Shown here: one piece after another, positions 36,401 through 49,371 of the stretch
Layout: each line of letters opens with the position of its first letter
Position numbering within the stretch: position 1 is the first letter of the stretch
Origin: Amoebophrya sp. A120
Lineage: Eukaryota; Protista; Dinoflagellata
NCBI GenBank assembly: GCA_905178155.1
Contig: CAJINV010000005.1
Coordinates: forward strand, 2,668,054-2,732,053
Direction of reading: 5' to 3'
DNA: 64,000 nt
Translations under genes and position numbers: made by a program
The notes under the pieces: generated by a model
What the model saw: only the letters and a program-made list of their open reading frames with translations
Told to the model about the DNA's origin: nothing
Database searches by the model: none

Positions 36401-37210
36401 TCTGGTTTGTCTTCAGCGTGATCACCTTTCTCATGAACTACATCCCTGCCATCGGTGGAGCCATTTCGCTGATCGGCCCCGGTGTGTTCTGCTTTTTGGA
36501 TCCCAAAAAGACGTTCGCGGACCTAGTCTTAATCACCGCCGGCGGGGGCGTGTTGCACACCTTCGTCGGGAATATCATCGAGCCGATATGCACTGCAAAA
36601 GTATCGTACTAGTATAAATTGGATTACAAATTTTCCCAGGAACAAAAATGCAATTTGTCATGCTATCTCAGGTAGAAAGTTGGATTTGTCATGCATGTCT
36701 GCAATTAGTACGAGTGCGATACTTTTGCACAGGATAGCCGAGCATTTTTGGCAATGCGTTCGAGTTGGATCCGGTACGAAATGATGGTTTTGCTTTTCAC
36801 GAGAACAGGAACGCCAACACATCAGTTTTGTATCGACCGCGAATCGTCCTGGTCTTAGAAATGAGTAAACCTGGAATGTAGTCGAGCGAAGATTCACTTA
36901 AAGTTGAAACACACGGCGACTGCTCACACATGATGAGTAATGCAAGATATAGAATTTCAAATCTTATCAGATCGTCGTCCTATTCGCTCTCGTAGTCTGG
37001 GGCGCCTTGTGGGGCGTGGTTGGTGCGATTCTCAGCGTGCCGCTGACCTGCTGCATCAAACTGGCGCTCGCGCCCTTCATCGACCGGCACGCGTACGCCC
37101 TGGTGTGTTTTTACGCCTTGGAATTCTCTTTGCCGCCACCCGCGGCGTGGAAAAGATTGGAGGACCGACAGAGAAGGGCGGAAATGGCGATAGGGTCTTG
37201 CAAGGTGTGA
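33479..37210 (+). CDS. AI-2E family (PerM/TqsA-like) membrane transporter with low-complexity insertions, 6 exons
   Basis: IFIPFLVAFFLAQLLEP, ITFLMNYIPAIG and GNIIEPSIFGNAFELDP|IVVLFALVVWGALWGVVGAILSVPLT. Four introner introns plus GT-AG intron 36774-36970. Confidence 0.88.
34445..34599. mobile_element. Introner family C (155 bp), exonic
   Basis: TATGCATTGCAAAAGTATC..GATACTTTTGCACAGGATA. Direct repeat TCCTC. Removal gives VIFLVMGLTNAL. Confidence 0.9.
34645..34955. mobile_element. Introner family B-related (311 bp), exonic
   Basis: TATGTTGGAAGCGTCAG..GAAATGATTTG and CAAATCATTTC..CTGACGCTTCCATA. Direct repeat TGCGG/CGCGG. Removal gives DAPAVFQEYLK. Confidence 0.9.
35218..35452. mobile_element. 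Introner family D (235 bp), exonic
   Basis: TATGGCGCTCTCAACTGTTACATTCTCAACTGTTACATG and CATGTAACAGTTGAGAATGTAACGTTTGAGAACGCCATA. Direct repeat TGAAG/TGGAG. Removal gives VSLKRKLCEEW. Confidence 0.9.
36587..36736. mobile_element. Introner family C (150 bp), exonic
   Basis: TATGCACTGCAAAAGTATCGTACT..AGTGCGATACTTTTGCACAGGATA. Direct repeat GCCGA. Removal gives NIIEPSIFG. Confidence 0.93.
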
Positions 37211-38175
37211 CGACTGTGTTTTCTTTTCTCACCAACTACTGGCGAGTTAAGTACTTACTTTCTAATGGAGAAATACAAGTAAGCATGTCATCGTGTATAC
37301 ATAAATGGAAAATTCTTCCGAGACCAAGAGCTGATGTAGTCCGGTCTATGTTTTGCAACGACATTTTGCACCAACACCTAAGAAATGCAATTTTTTGCGT
37401 CTGGTAGATCCTCCTCTCCTGGAAATGAATGTGTAGAAGAAAGAGAAACAAAAGCAACGAGTGATAAAAGAGAAATAAGCAGACGAGGACATCTGCTACG
37501 CCACCAATTACTTTATATTACTTCTGTCTCGACAAGTAGTCAAATCTTGTGGTTGGCCACCGGATTTCGAATGTTGACCACATAAACTCGCTATCGCTTC
37601 TTCTTACCCGCCCAAGCATTGCAAACACCGTCCGAAACGTTCGACTTAAGTCTGGTTTTGCAAACACCTCAACGTGGATGCTTTGTGGTACTGAAAATCA
37701 AACACAAGCACATTTGACGCAGCTGCACTCGACGCGGCAGCAATATCCGTTGTTGCAATTCGTCTTTCGATACGTTGTCTGCTCGTGACTCCTGCTCTAG
37801 TACCTCGCAGTTTCGATAAGCTGGCCTCTTCTATCTGCCAATCGTGCCTAGTGCTTTCGTCCGTGCAGAGTGTTATATATGATCCGACTCCGAGTGAGTA
37901 GTACGACGCTTGGATAAGACAGATGAAGCGTGACGAGGACCACGAGCGAAGTTTCCCGAAGGGGGATCGCAGCTGCTTCGATGTTAATGTTGCGCTCTTT
38001 ATTGAGATTGAGTGGCAGATGATATGATGAAGGAATTACTACTTCTACGCGACCTTATGATCCCGATACAAAAGCGCGAAGGCCCGGACTTCTTCTTTTC
38101 GGACAGAAGTAGAATCGCAAAGTTCGCCGGAAAACTGCCACAAAGTTAGAACACAAGTAAAACCAAACTTCCACA

Positions 38176-39483
38176 ATGTCGAGCTCCTCTTCCTCCTCCG
38201 GCGGCAAAAAAGTGCCGCGCAGGGGGCGGCAGCGGCGGTCTCAAATCAACAAACCGCCCGAGCAGCGCTGCTTGAATTGCGATGAGGTCATCCCCGACCC
38301 GGATGCCTGTGCCCTGTACCGGGGCCGCCCCTGCTGTGTCCGCTGCTGGCAGCGCATCGAGAAACTCGCGGAACGCAACGACCCGGCGTTGCTCAAGTTG
38401 TCCGCGAACTTGCAGCAGACCGGAATGTTCAAGAATCACCAGGGTGGTCAACAACACGCCGGACCCTCGCGGTACTACAGCAGTCTGGTCGTGAGAGCCC
38501 CTCTGTACCTGGGTGGCACGTACTTTCTCTTCGCGACGGTTTTCCGCAACGCCTCAGACGCCTTCCAGCTCTTTATCCTCCGTGCCTACCTGGACTTGTC
38601 GGATTACTGGCTCGACAAGGGGAGCTGGATCCGCTTCCTCGGAATCGACGACTTTCGGAAGTGGTGGCTTGACATCCCCCCTCCGCCCAGCAACGAAAGA
38701 ATCTACCGCGAGTTAACCGGTGAAGAACCGCCCTGGTCCCCGTACTTCAATAGCGCCGACGGGCGGGCGGTTACTGGAGAGCAAGAAGAAGGGGCTGGTC
38801 CGAGCAGTAGTACAACGTCGCCGGACGAGTACAGCAGCAACAGTACCAGCATCGGAACACAATTCCCACCGGCGTATCCACGTGCAGTGTAAAATGTTTT
38901 TGCGTGGTCTGTCGTGCTCGCGCTCAACGCAGCTGCTGTTCGACGATTTTTGTGTTACTAATTTGCGTCAGAATTATTGTTTGTTGTCATGATCTGATCA
39001 TCTCGGCGCCTGGGTCTGGTGGCATGCTGTTTAATAGTACTTCTATCTAAATTCGAGACGAACCGACCTTCGCAAAACACGCAAAAACTCTTTTCCACCC
39101 TCCATATTCAAAACGCCATTCCAAACTTGAACCTCGGGGGTGGCGGACGGTACCCGTACGAGACCAACACTGGTCCGAAGTACTACCCGCCTGGCAACGC
39201 GCCGGCGAACATTTTCGACCTGCTCCCCAAGATGCCGCCGCCGCTGACGCCGCCGGGAATGAAGGCCGAAGCGAACAACGACGCCGCAGGACTGCTCAAC
39301 ACGGGAGATGCAACTGCAAATGCCGCTTCTGCAAAGGGCGTGGTGTCTTCGTTTGGGAGTTACGTATCGGGTTTGCTGAGTGGGGACATCACTGTGGAAG
39401 ACACGCTGTCGCCCGTTTTGGATCAGGTGAAGGAGTTTATGTCAGGCTTCTCCGGAACATCCCGAAAAATGATGTACGCGTGA
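38176..39483 (+). CDS. Hypothetical protein with a CxxC..CxxC (LIM-like zinc) motif and a hydrophobic segment, probably 2 exons
   Basis: CLNCDEVIPDPDACALYRGRPCCVRCW. ORFs 38176 and 39019 share a frame and join across ~38874-39110. Confidence 0.55.
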
Positions 39484-40740
39484 TCGGGAAGACAGTAGAG
39501 TTCGAGGACTTAGAAAGTCGTGTGTCGTCGATCGCTTTCTGGTCTCGGGCGTTCCAGTTCTTGAAGGATGCGGGGTGATGCTCAAATTCGAGTTGTTCCT
39601 CTTCTATACAACTGTCTATAGCGTTTACGTTGGTAAAAACGCGTCGTGATGCAGAACTGCTTTTTGTTTCGAAGAAATTAGTGACTCATTCTGAAGTTGT
39701 GTGCGTGCCGTGCCATCAGCTCAGTGTCACTTCTTAGCTGTGATGAACAAAGTGTTTATGTTTGAAAATGACGAGAATGCGTTTCGTAGTGCCCGCAAGT
39801 AGCACCTCGACCTCCAGCAGTACGTACTTCTTCAGCAGTCAGGCTGATGAAGATGAAGACGATGAATATGCTTCATAACCGTAGGTACTTACTGCGACGA
39901 AAAGTATAGCTTGCTTCTACTTCCAGATCAAAGGGAAAGCAACCAATGGGACTGTTACCATGCCTGGGGGCCTGTTTCCACCGTTTCTTCGTTGATATCG
40001 AAGGGCGGATGATCCAAGTCCCCGTCTTCCTAGAAGTTGTTCCCTTCGTCTGATGTCCTGCGTTGTTTGATGGCCTGGATGAAGATCAAGATTCTACTCG
40101 GTTGGAATGTTGAAGTTGATAGGACGACTGTCGATGAACTCGAATATGCTGTTCGAAGTCAAGAAGTGTACACGCTCATCTCTTCTCGGTTGTTTCTCAC
40201 ATCAACATCATAAATATCCGAGTGGTTTATTTTCAGCACCACGGTCGTCCCTCCTCATGTAGTTCCTGTGAATCCCCATTGATGTTGGTCCGTATGGGAC
40301 GCTTGCAAAGCAAAGCAATGTGTCACTCAAAAATCCTCGTAATGTAGCGAGGATCGACTACGTCTTCGTCGTGGACACCATAAATGAAAATCGAGGATCG
40401 TCTGCATATCACAAAGGAAAAATGAAATCTTCTCGCACCAAGATTCATTGTTTTTTGTCTCCATATTAGGACAGCATTGCTTAAATGTGATGATCATGTA
40501 AAAACAGTAGCTTTGCAAGGGAAAGAAAAAAAACCTTCTTCACGTAGTTCTCACTATCCACAGTTGCAATTTTGTATAAACGAAGAACAAATAATACAAA
40601 GTTGGATGACACAAGAAGGCCACTGCTGGAAGAACGAGTGAGGTAATGCTAATGTGCACCAAGCACCATACAAAAATTCTAAAGCAAAACAAAATCAAAA
40701 GTCTTCTACCAAGTTAGAAGCAAACACACACCTCCAATGC

Positions 40741-43066
40741 ATGGTCGGTGGAACCGGTGCGGGCGGTGGCAGTAAAAAGCCCCTAAACAACAAGCAGCAC
40801 CAGCGACACACAACTACTACTGCTTTCAAACCCGGCGACAAGTCACCTTCGTCCCCCCAAGGCAGTAGTACAGCAAGTGGAGTACTATCTCCAAGCCACC
40901 TGAACAAGGCGAAACACCGACCGTCAGCCATGCCTAGCTCCTCCACCTCCTCCACCAAGTTACCACTAAACTCCTCCACGGCCGCAAGTGCCACTTCGGC
41001 CACGACACCCAATAAAGCAGCGACAAGCAGCTCCTCCACCATGCCGCCTTCGCCGTCTAAAAACCGGCTGCGGGCCGTGGCGGCTACCTCCCAGGCGACG
41101 TACATTGGCGGCGGGGCAAGTTCGGACGAAGATGAAACAACCGCGAACAGCAAAAGAATGCCGGTAAAGCTGAAAAGACTGCTGCTCGGCGCCCTGGTGT
41201 TCGCCTCCGTTTTCGGCCAGATCTGGTTTGCCTACTACCTCAAGCGACGCTACCGGGCGGCGGCAATGGTAGCTGCCGCGGCGAAAAATGGAGCGGCAGC
41301 GACAACTTCTGATGGTACCAAAGCGATCCTACCAGAAGAAGAGGATGACACGAGCTTGCTCGCGCGGCCACCCCCAGGCTACACGGACGGCTACGCGTTC
41401 ATCTACGATCTCGCCAAGTGGAGCTTGTTTTACACTGTAGTGCAAGTTCTGTTTTCCTACGTCGTCCGCCCGTTATTTTTCGCCATCATCCAGAAACAAC
41501 GACACTGGTCGGAGGAAAGCTACGAGATGCGGGTCTCGCGGGCGACCTCGGCGTGCTTCAAATTCTTCTACCACTTGGCCTGCGTCACCTACTGGGTGTA
41601 CCTGCTGACCAAAGAGTCCTGGAGTACGGACTGGCCAATGATCGCGTGCTTTCGGCAGAGCGACCCGCGCTGCTTCGTGACCGACGTGGCGCGGGGCATG
41701 TGGCGTTCGAACGGAAAGACGGGTAGGAACGAGCTGGAGGAGAGATTCTGGGCAAATTTTTGGAAGGAACCTGCCATGGTCGGGGACGAAGTGAAGTGGT
41801 AAATAGGTTGTGTTTTTTGTCGATTTGGAGGAAGCATCAGAAGAAGACTGTGCTTCTTCGCTCATTGATTTTGATGGTTTTTTTTGCTCATGGAAATGGT
41901 AATTTGGATTGTGGGATGGCGGAGAGTAATATCGTCCTGACCATTCTTCATCATGTTTATAATGATTTATGTCAACCTCAACATGAGCCTTAGTCAGTGA
42001 CAACACAAATCTCAAATCATGAAACCATTTTTTCAGGTTTTACGTAGCGGCGACGGGCTATCTGATTTCAGAGATGATTCTCATTTTTCCGGAGCGTGCA
42101 AGATCAGACTTCCTCGAAATGTGTCTGCACCACACCATTGCTATCGGTCTGTCGCTCTTCAGCTACGGATGCGGGTATAGAAAGAAGACTTGTTTTGTTG
42201 AAAGTCTAGATCTAGTACGTACTTGTGCTTTTTTGCAAATCTAGTTGGCGCTGGAAACAGCTTCTGAGGAGGCCTTGTTGAAATTATTGTCGGCGATGAA
42301 GATTTTTTGATTTGCTTTTATCCCACAGAGTTGTAAGCCAGTACGTGACAATGATCGAATTATCCTTTTTTTATGTAGTATTTTATCTCGACGACAGCTT
42401 CATCCGAATCGGAAGCCTGGTGATGTTTGTGCACACCCTCTCCGACGTGTCCATTTACCTGAGCCGAACAACCGTTGACGTCCGGTCGACCGGCGTGGTC
42501 GCGGTCTGCTTTGTCGCCTTGTGCCTGTCCTTTTTCTGGCTCCGGCTCTGCGTCTTTCCGCTGGTGCTAGTCAGGAGTGCGTTTTTGGACGGCCCGAGGT
42601 ATCTGGTGAACCCCGTGGACTCAGGTACGTACCTTCTGATGGAATGTTTGCTCTTCGGGAATGTGATGATGTTGCAGCTGTTTTTTCTTGTACTTGAAGA
42701 TTTATTTACCACGCTGTTTATACTATGCTGCAAAGCACAAAGATATGATAAAATCTACGAAAATCATTATCATATCTCAAAACAGAACTGATCCGGCCAT
42801 TTTGCCTGATGCTCTCGGTCCTCGTCATGCTACACTGGTACTGGTGGTGCATGATAGTCCGCTCAGGGTGGAACTTTGCCAGAACGGGGCAAGCCAGAGA
42901 TCTGGCCTCGCAACTGTCCGTCTTCAACCTGAAACGACTTTCCTCCGCCCAGTTGCACGGCAGTAGCACGCGGAAAGGCAGCTACCCTTTTGCCGGCAGT
43001 GGCGGTGCAGGAGGAGGCGCCAGCAGTCCGGGCTCCCTCGCTGGCAGGAAGGTGAAGAGTAACTAG
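40741..43066 (+). CDS. Ceramide synthase (Lag1/TLC domain), 4 exons
   Basis: Spliced Lag1 motif RSDFLEMCLHH..FSYGCGFIRIGSLVMFVHTLSDV, plus FFWLRL and VLVMLHWYWW. GT-AG introns. Confidence 0.88.
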
Positions 43067-44156
43067 TTCTCTTGGGGCTAGCAGGGGTGTAGTCGAGGGC
43101 GGCAGCGCCGAAATTTATAACTAAAACCTTGTGAAGAAAAGTAGATGCTGCATCGTCTACACTTGCAGCTCTTTGTGTAACCAACGTGTCGACGTCCGCA
43201 ACATCCGAATGCGAGTAGTTCTTGTTTTACCAGCAAACATAGTCACGACCTCCAGGTGGATCATCATCATGTGTGTCATACTCAAAGTACTGATGAGCAT
43301 GCGAGCATTGGCACTCGGCAAAGCGAAAGCTGAGCAGGAGGATGCGGCTGTCATACCCCGACCGCATGAAGCAGCTGCGTCTTCCCGCGACTGGAGATCC
43401 AAATGACCGCGAAACGGTGGTGGAAAGCACGACTTTCTTTCCGCAGCTGGCATGAAAGCGGTGTTCTCGTTCCTAAACCCGCTCCAAGATATTTTTGTGT
43501 TCGATCGGATAATTATATGCCGACCTACAGAAAATGATACGGCATATGCCAGATTCGCCGCACCACTATCCACAAAGCGGGAGTAGAACAACATTATGTT
43601 TTCGAGACTTTCACTTGACACCTGCAGTCCAAGGCGTACGGTAGTAACAGTCTAGAGTAGAAAAGGAAGCACAGATCATCATCCCTAGATCACGTTCACA
43701 TTTTTGATCGTCTTACTCGAAAGTGACAACTCGCAAAGTCGTAGTTTTTACCGCGCGCCCAGTAGGGCAACTTGCTTTACCAGCTTTTGATATGTGAAGT
43801 AAATTTTTGAGTTTATCAGTTTAGAATTTTTTGAAAAAAGCATGATCTTCGAACTCCAGCTTTTCTATTCCCTTTCCTGTCGCAAACAAAACCTCCAATT
43901 GGAGCAATGACCACCCGCCGTAAGTCAGCCAGCTTCTTTGGTTTCTTCTCGTGCAGCAGTGCAGCATAGCCCGACGCACACGGCACCTTCTACAACTAGG
44001 AGTTTCCACGACCCTGTCTGAAGCAAACACTCCGACGGAGACGACAATATAGGAAACGGAGCGTCGCAGCAAGAAGTACTACCTAGGAGCAAGGCCGGAG
44101 CGAGCTGTTGTGGGCGCTGTTTTCGACAAGAACACGAACGAACTGCCAAGTAGAAA

Positions 44157-44294
44157 GCTGTTTTCAGCACCAGGTCAATAAACTGAGCAGGGTTGCTCCG
44201 CAGATTCCGCGACTGAGCAGGGTTGCTCCGCACTAGAGCGCTGTTTTCATCACCAGGTCAAATTTAGCAGGGTTGCTCCGCAGATTCCGCGACT
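44157..44294. repeat. Local mosaic direct repeats upstream of delta-COP
   Basis: AGCAGGGTTGCTCCGCA x3, GCTGTTTTCA(G/T)CACCAGGTCAA x2 and GATTCCGCGACT x2. Confidence 0.8.
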
Positions 44295-44616
44295 TCTTTT
44301 CGCGTCGAGATTGCGTCGAGCCGTTAGTACTCTGCAGTTTGGTGTAGTTAGAAGTTGTGGTGGGATTTTAAAACCGGTAGACGACGAAGATCAAGGACAT
44401 CAATTTACTTTCGTCGAACACTATACTACCATAACCACCGACATTCTCGACCGCGACTACCCGACGAGGACTACACCGTTTTTCTACACGACAAAAACGC
44501 ACGGACGAGGGCCTGGCTCGGTGTGTAAAATCTACCAGCAACGGTGGACGAGGCCCACACGACGTTGCGAGTGAACATAATCCATCCCAAAGGAGCCGCG
44601 CCCAAAACACGACAAG

Positions 44617-47600
44617 ATGGTGGTCCTCTCCGCGGCAATATTGTCGAAAAAGAAGACCCTGCTTGCCAGGCAATTCGTCGACATGACCAGACTACGGGTC
44701 GACGGCTTGCTGTCGGCCTTCCCAAAATTAGTCGACTCAGGTACAGCGACCTTCTGGAGATATATGAACATGAACTTTTCATTTTCTTTTGTTCCTCACT
44801 CTTTTCGGTTGTTTAATCCCCCACTGCTTCTGCTGCATTTTCGAAAACAATAGGTCGAAGACTTTCCTCTCGAAGTTCTTCTGATGTGTGGAGACATTTG
44901 TGAATCTTTGTTTTTTCAAATAAATTATGATCATCCATGCATACCTAAAACAGAGAAGGGCAAGGACCATACGTACATCGAGACGGAGTCCGTTCGGTAC
45001 GTTTACCAGCCCATGGAGAAGCTGTTTCTCCTTCTGATCACGAACAAAACCTCCAACATTCTCGAAGACATCGAGACCCTGCGACTCCTGGCAAAAACCG
45101 TGCAGGACGGGTGCAAAAACGTGGCGGTCAGCGAAGAAAGCGTGTTGCAGAATGCTTTCGACATCATCTTCGCCTTCGATGAAGTTATTTCCTTCGGGTA
45201 CTATTTATCATACAGTTACAGACAGGATTCTGAAAACCTTTGAACAAGAAGATCAAGATGATACAACTGATGCGACTCGTGCATGTAGTACAAGGTCATG
45301 GCGCGGGGACAGAGTCCCCGCGCTGCGACCTTGCAGCGAAGAAGAGCCGCACGCGGTGGCTTTTCTTGTCCATGATGCAGAAGGTTTTTCTGTCCTGTGA
45401 GACAGAAAGGGGTGGGCCTGGCGCCCGTGGAGCCGGCGCCCTCAGTAGGGTAAGCGTGCGCCCCGTGGGCTCCGGCCCTATAGGCCATGGCCCGCCCGCC
45501 GGCGCTGTAGGCCACGGCCCGCACATAGGCTACGGCCCGCCATAGGCTACGCCCCGTAGGCTGCGGCCCGTCCATTGGCTGCGACTGGTAGCTCGGCAGG
45601 CTACGGCGCGGCCCCGTAGGCCCTTCGTTCTCCTGTGCCCCGTTGGCGGCCATACAGGAAAGGACCCACCCCGGCGGGGCTGGCGTGCGTACAGGAAAAG
45701 CAAGAGCCGACGCTTCTCGGGCTCCCTCGTCTTTTTGTTTTCTCCTCCCTGTGCCCCGTTGGCGGCCATACAGGAAAGGACCCTCCCCGGCGGGGCTTGT
45801 GAGTGTGGGCGCGCACAGGAAAACAACTGATGCGACTCGTGCATGTAGTATCTGCCATGCAGGACGAGCCAATGTATCAAATGCAAAAATGTCTGGGTCT
45901 GGAATGTTGCCGGCTTTGTCATGCATATTCTGCATGACCCAGGATGTCTGTAATGCACGACCTAGCATCACAGATTTTTGGCGGGCTTCCTGATGCCTAC
46001 TCCGCATGACAAATGCCCTCCCCGCGTAGCACAAACTAGCCTCCTTCTGCTGGTCATGCAATACAGATTTTTTTAGAATCCAAAGTTAGCATCACAAGTT
46101 CCAACCTTCCAGACCCAGACACTTTTACACTTGATACAATGCCAAAGAGAGAAACTCACATCTCATCTCGCTGACCCTTCCTCAGGTACCGGGAGAGCGT
46201 CACTTTGTCGCAGATCAAGCAGTATTTGGAGATGGAATCAAACGATGAAATATCCAGAAAAAAACACCCATCCACATCCAATTTGTCATGCAAAACATAC
46301 AGAAAGTTCTGTGTTTGTCATGCAAAAGATGGATGTGGATGGGTTTTTTTCTGTGGATATGAAAAGCTGGCGCAACGAATCGAACAGAGCAAGATAAACG
46401 AGGCGAAAGAGCTCGCAAAGAAGAAAGCGCTGGAGCTCAGCCCGGACAGGAAAGGCTTCGGCTCAGCCAACATGCCAAAACCCGTGGAAAACGAAATTCA
46501 CAGTATAGCATCATGGAATTAATAAATGATGTTTTGTATCTCGAAGCCCTTGATTTGCGTTTGCGTCTTCTCGATTGTAGTTTTTGTGATACGCAATCAC
46601 AAGATTCTTGGATGCTGCCAAGAAGCTTGATGATCTTCTACTTGTCATTTACAAACCTGAACTTTCTTTTGCCAACTTCTCGTCAGCGCAATTGGAGCAG
46701 ATGAAGCCACCAGTGCAGGAGGTGGAGACAAATTTCGCTGCCGCTGCCGCCGCGGCAACACCAGGAGCGACGAACGCCATTCAGGCAAGCCTGCCAAAAC
46801 GAGGTACTAGAAAAGAACTTAACAATTCGAAAAACTACCTGGATTTCATCAATTTCATCTGTTGAGTCACGTGCTCATTTGATGGCCTGTATTTTGGTTG
46901 TCTGGTGTTGCGTCGTGTGTCCAGCGTAAGAAAACGAAAAGCGTATGAATGCGTTAATAAAGTTCTTATTGCGCCGCAAAAAAATCTAGGTATGCAGCTC
47001 GGCCGAAAAAAGCCAGCACCCGCGGCAGACGCCTTCTCAACAGCAATGGCAACGAACGAGGTACCTGCGCAAGTCGCGGGAAATATGCCAGTTGCACCAG
47101 CAGGCGGGGCGGCAGCTGCGATGGCACCAGGTACACTGATCCCTCAGTACTTGATTTTATTGTGCGTGTTTACCCCCGTGTATAGGTAGATTCGCCTTGC
47201 TTAAGACAAGCACGTGAAAGCAAAACTGCTCGGCAAAAAAATGCATAAAAATTCCAGTTGAGCCACCAAGAGCGCCAGTAAACCCACTCCAAGAGCCAGT
47301 TTCCATTCTTGTGGAAGAAACAGTAGAAGCTGCGCTTGGGGCAGAAGGCGGCCTGCTCGGCGATTTGACGCTGCAAGGAAAGTTCGAGGTACAGGTTTTG
47401 TCTTGCAAAAAAAAATTTTCATGTCGTATCCAAAACTACGATTTATTTGACTTTCATCAAGCGATTGCGTAAGAACTTTCATTCAAGTACAACTGGATAG
47501 CATCTTCGCACCTCTTGCTCTTCGCAGCAAAACAATATTGTCTCCTCAACACTCAGATAACCGTCCACGACGACGCTAAGGCGGACCTTGCGTCCTTTAA

Positions 47601-48530
47601 ACTGAAGCAGCTCAGTCCCAAGTTCAAGTACCGGCTGCATCCGAATCTCAACAAGGCGGCACAAGGGAACAATCTGCTGGAGATCCGCGACCCCACAAAG
47701 AAATACCGCCCCAACGCGGCAGCGGCGCTACTGAAGTGGCAATACAAAGCGGAAGAAGAGGACCTCGTGCCACTTTCGGTACGAAAAGTTTTTTTACGAC
47801 GTAGCCAGCACCCCCCGCTGTCGCACCGATGGATCTGAGTAGCAAAAGCGAATCTGTAGTTAAGCGTGGCTTTCTTGCTGTATCATGCGAGAAAGCCTTG
47901 CTGTTTCGCAATTTTTCCATCAAACGAAACTCAGGTAACCTGTTGGCCAAGTCCAGAAGCCGATGGAGTGCAAATGATCATCCAGTACGAACTTACGGAT
48001 GATAACGCCAAACTCGAGAACATTGTCATGCGAATCCCGACGTCAGGTGGTGTTCCGCAAATAAAGTCCGTCGAAACAGGCGAGGCGTCAATGGTCGGGG
48101 CGGAGTGGCTGCAGTGGTATATGACATACGATGTTGTTTGTTCTTCTATGTGCTTCTATCACAGGACAGTCGATGTGAAGAACACCGTCATGTGGTGGAG
48201 TTTCAACCGGTCATGCTCATGCAGTGGCTACACGACATTCCTTTTTTCTTTTGCGCGCACAGCATGAGAAATCGATACTTCAAGCTCGTAAATTATTCCA
48301 TCCTCCCCCACATCAGGGCCATCCCCAGCATCGACGCGTCCTCGAACGCGGGCACGCTGGAGTTTTTCGCCCGCGTCGACGCCGCCAACATGCTCCCGGT
48401 GCAGGTCCGAGCGTACGCGAGCAAGAGCGTCTGCCCCATGGACATCGAGTCGGTGTACCACCAGTCCTCGCAAGAGGTACTGAAGTACGCGATGACGCAG
48501 CGCTGCGAGTACCAGCTCACCATTGGATAA
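44617..48530 (+). CDS. ARCN1: Coatomer subunit delta (delta-COP), multi-exon
   Basis: [83 protein letters not shown] and PLSVTCWPS. Confidence 0.95.
45291..45822. mobile_element. 532-bp GC-rich insertion with a 28-bp flanking duplication, in delta-COP intron 45198-46185
   Basis: ACAACTGATGCGACTCGTGCATGTAGTA at 45263-45290 and 45823-45850. Internal GGC(C/T)ACGGCCC repeats and a duplicated ~50-bp block. Confidence 0.75.
45875..46136. mobile_element. Introner family A (262 bp), intronic copy
   Basis: Same TIR and length as 5720-5981. Direct repeat CAATG (45870-45874, 46137-46141). Confidence 0.9.
46251..46359. mobile_element. Introner family E (109 bp), exonic
   Basis: TATCCAGAAAAAAACACCCATCCACATCCA and TGGATGTGGATGGGTTTTTTTCTGTGGATA. 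Direct repeat TGAAA. Removal gives [16 protein letters not shown]. Confidence 0.93.
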
Positions 48531-49371
48531 CGAACCGCGTACGCAGCTCCTGCTTGTGCAGCTTCCTGGTGGCAGTGATGGTGTTGCCTGTGCGCAGCAC
48601 GACGAAGAATTGAATCGTGACGCGACAAATAAACAAGCGCTCATCAAAATGATGACTGGGATTCCAAGAAAGTTCCAACATAAAGGTACGAGTAACTGAC
48701 CTCAGCGCGACCACGGTCTGTGTATCCCACAAGAAGTGTGCTGAAACTTCCCGCCATAGTTTCAGGTCTACCCCGCGACAAAAACGACCAATTGTGCTGC
48801 TCGTTCTCATGATGATCTGTAAGCAGCATCAGCATGGGTTGAGAAGTAGAAAACTACGAGCACCACCAGTGCCGAATGATCGCCCAGCACGATGAGAGCC
48901 ACCGTGAGTGTCTATGTGGGCGCAGCTCTGCGACTTGCGCAGTGGTTGTCGAGGCAAGTTTCTTTTGTGTTCCTTCGCAGCTCTTTGGTTTTGTCCGCCT
49001 GATCAGGCTCTTCACCTTTTGCATGTGCCCACTTTCTGTTATTGGCGTCGGTCTCAATCGCATTTCGCTCTGGTCTATCAATTTACTCGTCATCTTCAAC
49101 AACGCGAAGCGGCGGTGGAGAAGATTAGTTTATCTTTCCACCTACATCTTCATTTGTTCCTACTTTGTTTCATGAGCACGATTGTGGAGCACCTTGCAGG
49201 GGTGACGCCGAGGAACTTCTGCACCGTATTTAATTTTTTGAAGTTATCCAGATCCAGAATTTATTTAAGTCGACGTAACTTCTAAGAAGTTGAAGTGGTA
49301 GTACTAGTAGTTGTATTTGCATTACTGAATTTCGTCCCGCACCAGAGTTTTCATCTCCGTCGCAGCCCAGT

